A stretch of 64,000 bases of DNA, taken from Geosiphon pyriformis uo1 (taxonomy: Eukaryota > Fungi > Glomeromycota). The stretch covers positions 1,054,001 through 1,118,000 of the forward strand of contig JAAOMT010000295.1 of the NCBI GenBank assembly GCA_016748015.1, in the 5' to 3' direction. The translations under genes and the position numbers were made by a program. Below the pieces are notes generated by a model. The model saw only the letters and a list, made by a program, of their open reading frames with translations, did no database searches and had not been told where the DNA came from. This document shows, piece after piece, positions 53,914-64,000 of the stretch. How positions within the stretch are numbered: the first letter of the stretch is position 1; every line of letters begins with the position of its first letter.

Positions 53914-54509
53914 TGTTATGGGTTATGAAATTATGAAAAGATTCCGGAGCTCGATTTCAGATATTTTTTAAAGTTGGTCAAGGAATTTCCAATATTCGCA
54001 AAAAATTATGCTTCTATCTTGTATATGGGGCACCCAAAGATGAGACGCACCTCGTTTATATTTCATTTCTAGCTTTCACGATTCTATTTAGCCGAACCAT
54101 AAGGGTCATAGTTAATTGCTTGGTGATACATTAATTTTTGTCATACAAAGTATTGCCGAGCCTGTTTAGGCATTTAACATTTTTCTGTACATCGATTAGT
54201 TTCTGTATCGAGAAGCGGTTAATTTTCACAAGACATAATTTGATTGTGAACTTAGTGACATTAGTTGAATGCTTGCCCCTGTGTTATGATAAATTCATGA
54301 TCCTCCCAACGATTATAATGACGTATTGAAAATCGCCTGATGTATCAGAAAGATAAATAAAGAATTTTATTTTTAGTATGCTTAAAATTGCGCATTCCCG
54401 AATCCCTGGGTTGTCTAAAGGATTTCCTTTTTCTTTGTTTGTTTGTGCACGGAAAATTTTTTTTGGAAAGCGAATTGTCAAACCCAAAATCTAATTTATT
54501 TAGGCGTGA

Positions 54510-54562
54510 ATATCTGACGTCATCGCCATTTTTTCACGTCACGTAGTATTGTCGCGCGTCGA
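54510..54562. promoter_or_regulatory. CpG-rich motif cluster upstream of the calpain gene (TGACGTCA, CACGTCACGT, CGCGCG)
   Basis: Perfect CRE palindrome at 54515-54522, tandem ACGT cores at 54535-54544, CGCGCG at 54553-54558, in otherwise CpG-poor DNA. Function is inferred only. Confidence 0.35.
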
Positions 54563-54659
54563 TTTGTACTTATAAGTTCCCGACAACCCCCGGTTCGTTT
54601 CCGCCATTCTTTGATAAACTTCTCGTGACTTATTCCCTGAATTTATTTCAACATTCAGC

Positions 54660-55590
54660 GCTCGATGGGATCCGTACTTTGATGCTACGCCGCCGCTTCG
54701 TTGGCTTCTACGAGTATCTTCAAGATCAAGATGACTGTTGCAGAAGGAGGCCATAAAACTGCGAAAGAGTTTGGAAGCTTTGGTGTCGAGCACTAAAGGA
54801 GAGAGTCTCGTTAAGTAAAAAGATATGCTTCCCTTTTGCGAGGATGGGAAGCTCCAGAGCCCCGAGGAGGGGTCAATACTCACACATCAGCGGGAACATC
54901 TGCGTGTTGTTTTAGGTACGAGCCAGATCTCTTGTGACATATCCCACGATATAGAAAAGTATGAATCTCAGAACACGTTTCCTTTAAAATCGCTTTGAAT
55001 TATTGCCAATATATATCTACCTTCTAACTTAATAGATGAATCCGAAAGATCTCTGAAAAATTATAAATGTACCATGGTATAAAAAAGAAAGCGATTTCGA
55101 CGAAGAAAGGAAATTCGATTTTACCTGGGTCACTAATTGCATTAGCAATTTGTAAGTTTTGGTTTCACCTCATTAACGTTTCTTTGTTATGAGCCTTTTA
55201 ACGATAATTTATTCAATAGGCTTCCACTCTACGTGGTCAAACCATATATATTTCAAATGACGCACCTTGAACGGTGGTATGACACAAATATATGGTCTTC
55301 ACTCATAGACCAGTGTATGTGGAATCTCAAAAATGTCAAGCTTGTTAGGTAAATTTTGAACATCGCACACACTCTCTGTGCATGTCTTTATTATTTTTTC
55401 CATTAATCTGTAACTTGGAACATTCAGAGGCGAATTGTTTTTTAATAGCAAGCAGTAACCGCAAATCCAAAGGTCGGGTTATTGAGGAGCGCAAGCCGGT
55501 CGGCCGTCGAGGTGATGGTGTTCTACGAATGGAAAAGAGTCGCCAAGAGTATGGTGCTTCCGAAGACGGTCACTTTATTAATTCTTGAAT
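54660..55590 (+). pseudogene. Fragmented Crinkler-type PD-(D/E)xK restriction-endonuclease-like gene
   Basis: Pieces WDPYFDATPPLRW; HLERWYDTNIWSSLIDQCMWNLKNVKLVR, GT-AG intron, GE then a frameshift to IASSNRKSKGRVIEERKPVGRRGDGVLRMEKSRQEYGASEDG, then truncation into AT-rich DNA. The D...ExGxxE arrangement fits REase-fold domains of Mucoromycota CRN-like proteins (recalled). Confidence 0.6.
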
Positions 55591-57339
55591 AACTTTTTAT
55601 TTTAGTTCATATTTAATAACTACGTTTAATTATACTAACCATTAATTTTGTGTATATATTTTTCAGACTTGTAATGCAAATAATTTGTGAGTATTTGCAG
55701 GATGCAGATTTCATTCTCTGATTTTTTTTAAATAATTTCATAAATGTTAAATAAGATTAAAATTGGGTAATTACGCTGGCCATTTGAGTTATCCAAGTTT
55801 TGCAGTATGAACTGGAGCATTATCTTGTGGAAAAAAATAAATTTGTATTGAATCTATGGCAATAAATAGCTTTTCAATAGCTCAATATATCCGAATTGAT
55901 TTAATATTCTTTTTTAAAACTAAAGAATTCAATTCAATTTTACAAAAACATTTCTATATTATAATTTTTTTATGGTGTTTTACAATAAATACTAAATTTT
56001 TCTAAGAGTAATAATTTTTATATGTTTAAAATTTATTAATTCTTTTTATTTAATTTTAAATGTACAAAATAAATATAATTAATAATAAAAATTTGTTCCT
56101 ATTTATAAATAATTAATAAATCGATATATGTAATTTTAAAGTTATTATTATTTTAAAAATGACAAAAATATAAAATATTTTCTGTTTAGTGTATATTATA
56201 AATGCTATAATATCAAACATTATAAAAAAATGTGTTAGAAATTTGTATTATATATATAATAAATGTTGGAACGTTGTTCTAAATCAAAAAATTCAGATTA
56301 CAAATTATAAATACTTAATTAAACAAATAAAATAATCAATATGTTTTTACTTATAAAAACAAAAAATTAAATAACAAATAAATTAAATTAAAATTAAAAT
56401 GTAAGAAAATAGTATATTTAAATATTTAATTAAAAGTGAAGTTTTTTGTATATTTTAAAAGTTTAACTAATGTATATTTAATAATTTTTTTTAATAAACA
56501 ATATATTTTTAATTTGAAAATAAAATCTTGTTTTTGCTTTAAAAAATATATAAAGTATTGTAATTTTTTGGTTTTGTAGTAAATTTAATATCAATAATTT
56601 TTATATTTAATTTATATACAAATAATTCTATATATAAAAAAGTTTTTTATTTTATAAAAATAGACTATAATTATAATTAAAAAATGGTTTTTTATTACAA
56701 GTTCATAATAGCATAAAAAAATGGTTTAATAAAAAACCAAAATAATTATCAATAAAATATACCTATTGTTGTTAAATTGTTTAATATAAGAGAAAATATT
56801 AATTGAATTTATTAATTATTTTTTTATTAGTAAAATAAGCTACAAGTTTGTGTAATGTTACTTCTTAGTTAATTTAAAAGAAAATAATATTTTAACCATT
56901 TTAAAATATAATACATTTTATAAATTATATCATTTAGTTAATTTTGTATATTTAAATTATAAATTCCTAAACTGACTTATATAATACTTATTAATACTCG
57001 CAAAATAATTTATACTCAAAGCTCATAAAAAAATTTTTGAGACTTATTGAAAATAATTATAGCAAAAATACTAAATTGGTTAAAAAACATAAAAAACTAA
57101 ATGATCAGAACTATTTTATAGTAAAAGCAAAATACTATATTGTAATATTAAAATTATTGCTTATTATACTTATAATTAAGCTTAATATGTTCATGTATTT
57201 TATTTAAATATTTAAGATAAAACAGTTTATAAGCAAATTAATTACATGTTAATAAGAATAAACTTTTTAAAAAAGATTTTAATTAAATTAAGCAATTAAA
57301 TAAAGACAAAAAACATTTTAAAATTACTTGTAACAATGC

Positions 57340-57770
57340 TAATTTTTGGTTTTACTTATATTTGGTAATTGGTGGTTATAATAAAAATATCAAGCTGAGC
57401 TTCATAATTTCCATATTAAATTCAAATATGACAATAGTTTTGGTCTAATTAAAAAACTTTTCACAGTAATTTGTGTTAATTGTATGGTCAAAGTAGTAAA
57501 TAGGTTTAGTATTTCCGGCCTGAATAAAGCCTGTTGTTATATTCGCATGGTTAAAGCCCAAGAATTTGCTAATGGCACTTTTCAGGAATTCAAGTTATTA
57601 AAATTGATAAGTCAGAGATTTTTATGGTAATAAAAAAAGAAGGGCTTTATTATTTTAGGTATTAGTACCTCCATCTTTGAAATATGAGTAGCAAAAATAT
57701 CTTTATCAAAATATTTGTCCATTTGTCAAGAATGAATTCAAAGATACCACTTGTCCTCAAGCCAGTACAA
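57340..57770 (+). mobile_element. Decayed DNA-transposase relic (DUF7869/Sola-like)
   Basis: Fragments IKLSFII..HIKFKYDNSFGLIKKLF..VNCMVKVVNRFSISGLNKA and PSLKYE*QKYLYQNICPFVKNEFKDTTCPQ resemble the GHTKFxxDxxFGLIK and RQxYLYxxIRxFV..DxxCP motifs. Multiple stops and frameshifts. Confidence 0.55.
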
Positions 57771-57905
57771 AATGGGATTGAATAATTTTGACACTCAACT
57801 ATGTCTTATCCAAGAATTTGTTAGTCATATTAAAAATAAATATAAAATATAGTTTGTTAAATTTGAGGTGAAGTATTTAAAAGGACAATTAATAAAATAT
57901 AAATT

Positions 57906-58385
57906 ATGGCACAAGAAAAATTAAAAAATCCACTTGTGAAAAAGCTTGTTTTTCTTCACAAAAGAACTAACTCAAAAGCTGACTATCTGACCTGGGTGGA
58001 ACAGTCTTTTCCTCAGTTAATTTTCGACCCAATGTTAAAGCTCACACAGTAGTTATCACCAAAAAATATGTTAACGATTTAAGAAGTATGACTGCTCAGA
58101 AATGAAATAATATCCTAGATACAAAACTGCAGCGATGATAACTACCGAATGAAGCTCAGCCTACTGATAAAAAAATTTCAGGCACTACGGAAAATGAACG
58201 TATTGTCGAAAAACTCCGTGATCCAGAAGGCTATGCAAAAGAGTGAGGTGAAAAGAATAAAGCTAACAAATTAGAACAAATTAAGAGACAATTAGAGAAA
58301 GAAAGCAATTCAAGTTGAATATCACCAATATGATTGATTCCTACTGTGTTAGTAACTATGGCAGTAACGGCATTGAGAAAAGAAT
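57906..58385 (+). pseudogene. HIT-family hydrolase-like fragment with C-terminal hydrophobic segment; reads best with UGA=Trp
   Basis: One frame gives STCEKACFSSQKN*LKS[W]LSDLGGTVFSSVNFRPNVKAHTVVITKKYVNDLRSMTAQK[W]NNILDTKLQR[W]*LPNEAQ...DPEGYAKE[W]GEKNKANKLEQIKRQLEKESNSS[W]ISPI[W]LIPTVLVTMAVTALRK, where [W]=TGA. It resembles the HIT PxxxGHTLVIPKKHV motif; the HxHxH motif is missing. Confidence 0.55.
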
Positions 58386-58704
58386 GTTCTTCAAGTGTAA
58401 TGGTAAGTAGCCATTGCAAGTGGCGTCATATGTTTATTCACGTTGTCTGGTTTTGTTGCAGCACGCCCCAATTTAAACGTATAGTCGAGCCTGGCAAAGG
58501 AAACAGATTCTTAATATCATATAATTTACTTGGCTAACTTCCCTTTGATCGAAAATTTGGGATGAACTTTAAACACAAAATAAATTTTTGGTATATGTAT
58601 TAAGAATAGTTTTCTTCACTCTTTGAGGCAATTCGATAATTTGCTCTTTCACAAAGCCTCAATTCTATAATGAATTAGTAAGCCACGTAAATGACATTCA
58701 AAGT

Positions 58705-59400
58705 TTAGTGTAACATTTTGTTGGCCCTCCATTTGATTTTAATACTCCTTGGCATTGAGGCAATAACCTCTTCGAGAACAGAGGTATCGAATTTCTCCCA
58801 TTCCTCCTTTTGCACAATCTTAAGTTCGACCATAGACATCATGTTTTTGGATATTTGTCCTTCAAATACTACTAGTCCTTTGAATCCCCCCGCGTAACAC
58901 CCAAACAATTATGGATTTTGAAAGTAGGCGCCAAGTAATATTTCTCCAATGTGCCGCCAAACTCTTGGCTGTCGTGATTGCTTCCCAATTTCCCCACTCG
59001 TCTCATCAGAGGAGATAACTTTTGCCCAATCGTAAACGATTTTATTTTTATTTTCCTTGCACCACCTAACACGAATATAAGCATGTGTTTCTAAGATATA
59101 CCGTGTTTTGCTGCAATACGTGAATGAAGTCCAGAATTGTACAGCACATTGACAGACTACATTTAAAGAGCTATATTTTTAACAATTTCGTGAACCAGTA
59201 AATATTTTTCGTGATTGCTAAAAATTTGTAGTCTTCCAGAACGTGGTAATTTTTCACTTTTTCCTGTTCTTTGGTACTTGACAATAAAGGGGCGTCTTAT
59301 TGTGGAGTCACGTCCAAGCAATTTTATGGTTTCTATGTATGCCAAAATCTTCCTTTTGTCAATTTCGTTAGCTGTGTCCAAGTGGATGTCATTTTTTTAT
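58705..59400 (-). mobile_element. Degenerate Tc1/mariner transposase remnant (copy B)
   Basis: Track ORFs 59163..59381, 58872..59084 and 58705..58908 are frameshifted pieces: NEIDKRKILAY..LGRDSTIRR..LPRSGR, WAKVISSDET, LAPTFK, GCYAGGFKG, EEWEKFDTSVLEEVIASMPR. A possible terminus TACAGTACCCC lies on the minus strand near 59500. Confidence 0.85.
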
Positions 59401-60033
59401 ATAACGATATTATAAGTGGTAAAAAAATAAACAAGCACCAAGTCTATTTATAAAAAAACCGAGAAAACTCCTGATATCTTTGATTTCTTGGGGGTACTGT
59501 ACAATGTACAATTAACTAGTTCTGTTTAACAAAAATTATGTAGTTACAAGCCTAAAACATTTGAATTAATAAAGTTTTAAGTTTTTAATCATTAATATCT
59601 AAAACTATTTCTTGTTAACGAAATATGAGTCGGATATATATTTAATTACGCTGAATCTTTTCAATTTTTTTTAAAAAATGATTTTGCTAAGGTGTGAAAC
59701 GCTATTTAATTTGAGAAATAAAGCTTTTTTGAATTGTAAATGGTCCAACCTTGATGAAATTAATCAGAGACACATTATTCTATAATATTCTGCTTGCAAG
59801 CAATCTTGTTGAAGATTTGCTCGAGTTTTTTGATACCAGATTTTAAGCCATTAGCTTTCATTCCATAAAGCTCATCTTTATCTTTGGTCAAAAATTAACA
59901 ACGTGTCGGATAAAAAGGATAAATTTCTTTTATCACATTGCTCAGAAATCTGTTTCATTCGAGCTCTTGTTTATTTATAATTCAAGTCAAAGATTGAGAG
60001 AAGGTATCATATTTTACAAAAAAAAACATAATA

Positions 60034-62007
60034 CTAGTGACTAATTCCCTCATTTACAGAAGAGTTAGTCGCAGTTGGAGTCCCATAAAATATCTCTTCC
60101 AACGTTTTATTATCAAAAAACCTTTTTTCCGGATCATATTTCGCGCGAACTTTTTCAAATATCTGTACACGTTCGGCCAACTGTTCACGTAAGTAAGGTT
60201 TTATACCGGGAACGTATTCATATAATTTACCCCAGTGAGGTCTATTTCGTGAAAATTTGGGCATGGATCAAAAAATTTTTGAATGATGAATTAAATAAAG
60301 ATACTTGACAAGTAATTCAATGTTTGAAACTATAATCTGTTGAACTCTTTACCTTGCACGGTACTTTTCCATCCATCTTTTAGATAACTCTGAAGAAAAT
60401 TCGTCATAACCAATGGTGTCTTTTACAGAAAGAACTTCCATATGTGCATATAGTGCATTGGGATCTTTATCGTATCCCGGAGATAAAAGGGAGCTTGATG
60501 ATTTGACGATTCGCATTTCGGCCGTGAGGTTGCATGGGAATTTACCCTCTCTTGCTAACTCATAAATCTGTAAAAGGCCGAATGACATATTAAGATTTTG
60601 AATTGCTCATATGAATTTCATGACAAAAACCTAATGAAAATGATATTAGCTATTTACCCTCGTGACAATGTGACGAAATTCCAAAGCAATATTCTTAAAA
60701 TCTTGATCTACTTTAATCGAAAACTCCAAATCTTTGATTTGAATATTTTCAATTCCAGCCTGATAATGAATCGCATCAGGTGCTTGGAGAACAACATCCG
60801 ACGGTCTACTTATTGGCGCCGCTTTCCATAGCAAATGAGAGATATGTGGGGTTGCTTCAGGGTGTTTTACAATAAAATCATATAAATGATCACCAAATTT
60901 AGTTCCTAAATTTTCAACAATTTGTTGTTTTTCCAGTTTTAATTCTGATTTGGTCACTGGCTCCTCAGTCCTGACCCATTGTTTGATCCATAATTTGTCG
61001 GTGGAGTCGTCGAGTTCATTTTCGTTGAATGGCCAGTAAAATATTTCAACGCTATCTGAGGTTTCCACGAGTTTTTTGAGTTTTGGGCCGGTGAGCCAGG
61101 TATTGAGTTGTGGCTGGGAATCAATCATTCGAAGACTAAAGATTGGTTCGACACGAAATGTGAGGTTATAAATGATTCCAAGGAGTCCTTGGGAAAAGAT
61201 TTTTAACTCAATAAATTTATTAAAGTTCAGAAATATGTCTCAATATCCTTAATAAATACCTAAGCTGACTCGCGCAGCACTCATCTCAATAGGATCCTTT
61301 TCGTCGCTAAATTCGTGCAATTCACCATCCGCGGTAAGTATTTTTAGCGCAATAACGTTATCTGAAATACCGCTCGAATCAACTTTAGCACCATGCGAGC
61401 CAGTCGATACAACACCTGAAGCTCTAACAGAATCCAATACAGTCATTGAATTGAAAGCTAATGGTGGATTATGCGACCTAAGGGCATCGTCCATCTGCTT
61501 TATTGTTGCTCCTGATAACATAAAAATTAATAAAACCCAGATTAATAAATAGTTTAAGGTCAAATAATCACATTTATTAAAACTCATGAATCTTAAACTT
61601 TCAATTATTGAAGAAGAAAACTCACCAGCTTCAGCAGTAATAACCCATCCAAACTTCTCGCTCTTTTCGATATTCACCTTATCAAGTTTTTGCACAATTA
61701 CCAAATAATCATTGGTGACTGATAAAGAATTGAAAGTATGTCCTTGGGCCACACATCGAATTTTTTTTCCATTCTTCTTAGCCTTCTTCACAATATCTTT
61801 CAAATCTTGTAAGGAACGCGGTCGAAAAATAAGTTCCGGTTCAACAGCAATAGTCCCGGCCCAATTCTCCCATCTTTTTTCATGACTTGGGGTTAGATGA
61901 CTTTTAGTTGCTGCAAAAATTTCTTCTGTATGTTTCCCGAATGTATCTTTATGTTTTTCGAACGATTTTTCAATTTTATCTTCGAGTTTTTTGATCAGGG
62001 CTGCCAT
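60034..62007 (-). CDS. FAD-linked aldonolactone oxidase (L-gulonolactone / D-arabinono-1,4-lactone oxidase family), 5 exons, ~528 aa
   Basis: Exons 62007-61626, 61511-61260, 61187-60658, 60567-60353, 60241-60034 sum to 1587 nt in frame. Motifs WENWAG, RCVAQGHTFN (FAD-linking His position), GVVSTGSHG, ARVSLGLLGII, EMRIVK, ARPHWGK. Confidence 0.93.
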
Positions 62008-62453
62008 TTTTTAGAATTATGAGCAATTAAAGAAATCTAGAGCTGAGCGAAATAGAAACCGTGAGCTCAACGATAGATCTTATAAATTAAACGATGGGAA
62101 TATATTAGAAAGCAATTCACCTTTTTTTTTGTTCGAAGCCCGATTTGAGGATTTCCTCCTTGTTCCACGAATACAGCCAAATTGATGTGTGGGAAAATCA
62201 TCTTTTTTGTGTAGAGATTGAAGAGGGTACGGCAGATTTGAGAAGAGAGAAGCTTCATTTCGTGGATGATTGATACATATTTAGCAAATTTACAGTTTTT
62301 GTTCGAAACAATGCGTAAATGCTATTTTTGTTTAACCCTTGATGTCAAACAAAATCTTATTTATTCCTGCCCGTCGGCCGATATGAAGTTTATTTAGAGG
62401 ATAAATGTTTTTGTTGAAAGCATATCCTGTGCGTTTAGAAAAAATAAAAAGTT

Positions 62454-62700
62454 AATGATCCTAACGTACAAAGCCGTCTTGCTAAAGAATTTATTGTAAA
62501 GTATATACGTCAATTTTTAGACTGGTCAGCATATAGTCCAAATCTACGATTTATAAGGAATAATCCAGAGAAATGTAGAAAAAAGAATCCCTAAAAATTG
62601 TAGAGATTTGACAGTTTATGGTGAAAAAGTGAAATAAAACAGATGTGTTAAACAATTCAATTAAATCAAATCAATAAAACATGGATGTACAGTAGTTATA
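62454..62700 (+). mobile_element. Tc1-like transposase fragment (second-D to E region and C-terminus)
   Basis: NDPNVQSRLAKEFIVKYIRQFLDWSAYSPNL resembles Tc1 DNDPKHTS...LDWPxxSPDLNPIE; followed by RNVEKRIPKNCRDL in a shifted frame. Confidence 0.7.
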
Positions 62701-64000
62701 AATATATAAAACTTGAACTATCAAATAGTACGAATTATATTAAATGCTATAACCATTGTAGAGTAATTATTAATTATATAAATGCAAATTTTTTTTGCAA
62801 CAGACTGACATTTAAAAATTAACATGAATTAATTTTTTCAAAAATATTATATTTTTATTTTTATTTTTATTTTTAATTACTGCTTTTTAAAACTTTTACA
62901 AAAACCAAATTTATGTTATTAATCAACTTATTTTTTTCATATTTTTTACACTACTATTTTTGTTTAATTTATACTATTTCTTGTTTTTATATTTAAAAGC
63001 TTGCTAAATTAATTAAATACATTATAATATTTAGTATTTTATAATGTTAAATATTTATTTATTTATTAACAAATCATAAATTTTTTTTTATAAATTTCCA
63101 AAATCATATATATTTAAAAAATAATTTTTTTTTGTTTTTATACTAATTAGAGTTTTTAAACAAACAAATAAATAATCAACTTAAACATATTTTTAATTTG
63201 AAATTTTAGCAAAATAAACTTAGCTTTAATATTTATGACAAGATTTACTTGAGTTAACAAAAAAAAAAGTAACAAAATTTATTAAAAAATTAATTTTGAC
63301 AACAACATATTAATCAAGTTCTAAAGCTTAAACTTAAATAAACCAATAGAAAAAATAATATTAAAACACATTAAAGAAACAATAACTTTAACATAAAACA
63401 CAAATTTAGTAAATTAATTAATAAGAGCTTTAAATAAAACAAAAACTTAAAAAATTGCTTAGAAATAACAAAAGCTATATGATATAATTTTTAATATTTA
63501 TAACAATACTAATATTCAGAAGTTTTTTATTTGATAAAATTTTTGTTTAAATTACAAGTTTTAATAACTGCTTTATTAAGAACTTTTTTGAACTTAAAAG
63601 TAATAATAATAATTAATATGAAAAAACTAAAAAATAAAACAGGTTTGACTACCAATTTGAGAAACTAAAATTCACAATTTTAAAGATTGTACAGCTAAAA
63701 AAAATATTAAATCATAAAAAGCAATAGCTTTTTTTTAATTAACAAAAAAATAAATTGTATTATTATTCTTTATTATTAAAACAAATTTAAAAGTAAAAGC
63801 AATTTTAAAAAACTTAAAATAAACAATAGGATATCGTTACAAGTCAAAAAACTTCAATTTAATACTTAAAATTTTACCAAAAACATTTAAAACATTTTTG
63901 ATTTTGTCAATAAAAATGTTTTAAAAAATATTATATAAAATTACAATAGTAAAAGCAAAAACAAATACAAATACAAAAACAAAAACAAATACCACAAAAA

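Noticed and set aside
1-64000. rRNA, tRNA, LTR/LINE retroelements, Starship-type tyrosine recombinase
   Set aside because: No recognisable motifs found by eye. A covariance-model or HMM scan would be needed to exclude small RNA genes.

Overview
AT-rich eukaryotic genomic DNA with short GT-AG introns, microsatellites and decayed DNA transposons. Gene content and style point to an early-diverging fungus, most likely Glomeromycotina (inference). I can hand-splice or read nine intact genes: a DOMON-cytochrome b561 protein (4957-6673 +), two intronless MATA-type HMG-box genes (11304-11954 +, 40970-41677 -), a 3-exon orphan (13079-13730 +), a SWIRM protein (24748-25716 +), a secreted class-3 lipase homologue lacking the catalytic Ser (44614-46106 -), an F-box protein (48044-49371 -), a calpain with TRA-3/CAPN5 architecture (51350-53913 -) and an aldonolactone oxidase (60034-62007 -). 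Mobile and decayed sequence includes a non-autonomous hAT element with an 8-bp TSD, a 91-bp MITE, three Tc1 fragments, a Sola/DUF7869-like relic and a Crinkler-type nuclease pseudogene. The most notable items are: (1) a ~480-bp HIT-hydrolase-like fragment that reads best with UGA=Trp, a candidate transfer from a Mollicutes-related endobacterium; (2) a CAPN5/TRA-3-type calpain in a fungus; (3) an intact pseudo-lipase. All homology calls are from remembered motifs, not database searches.
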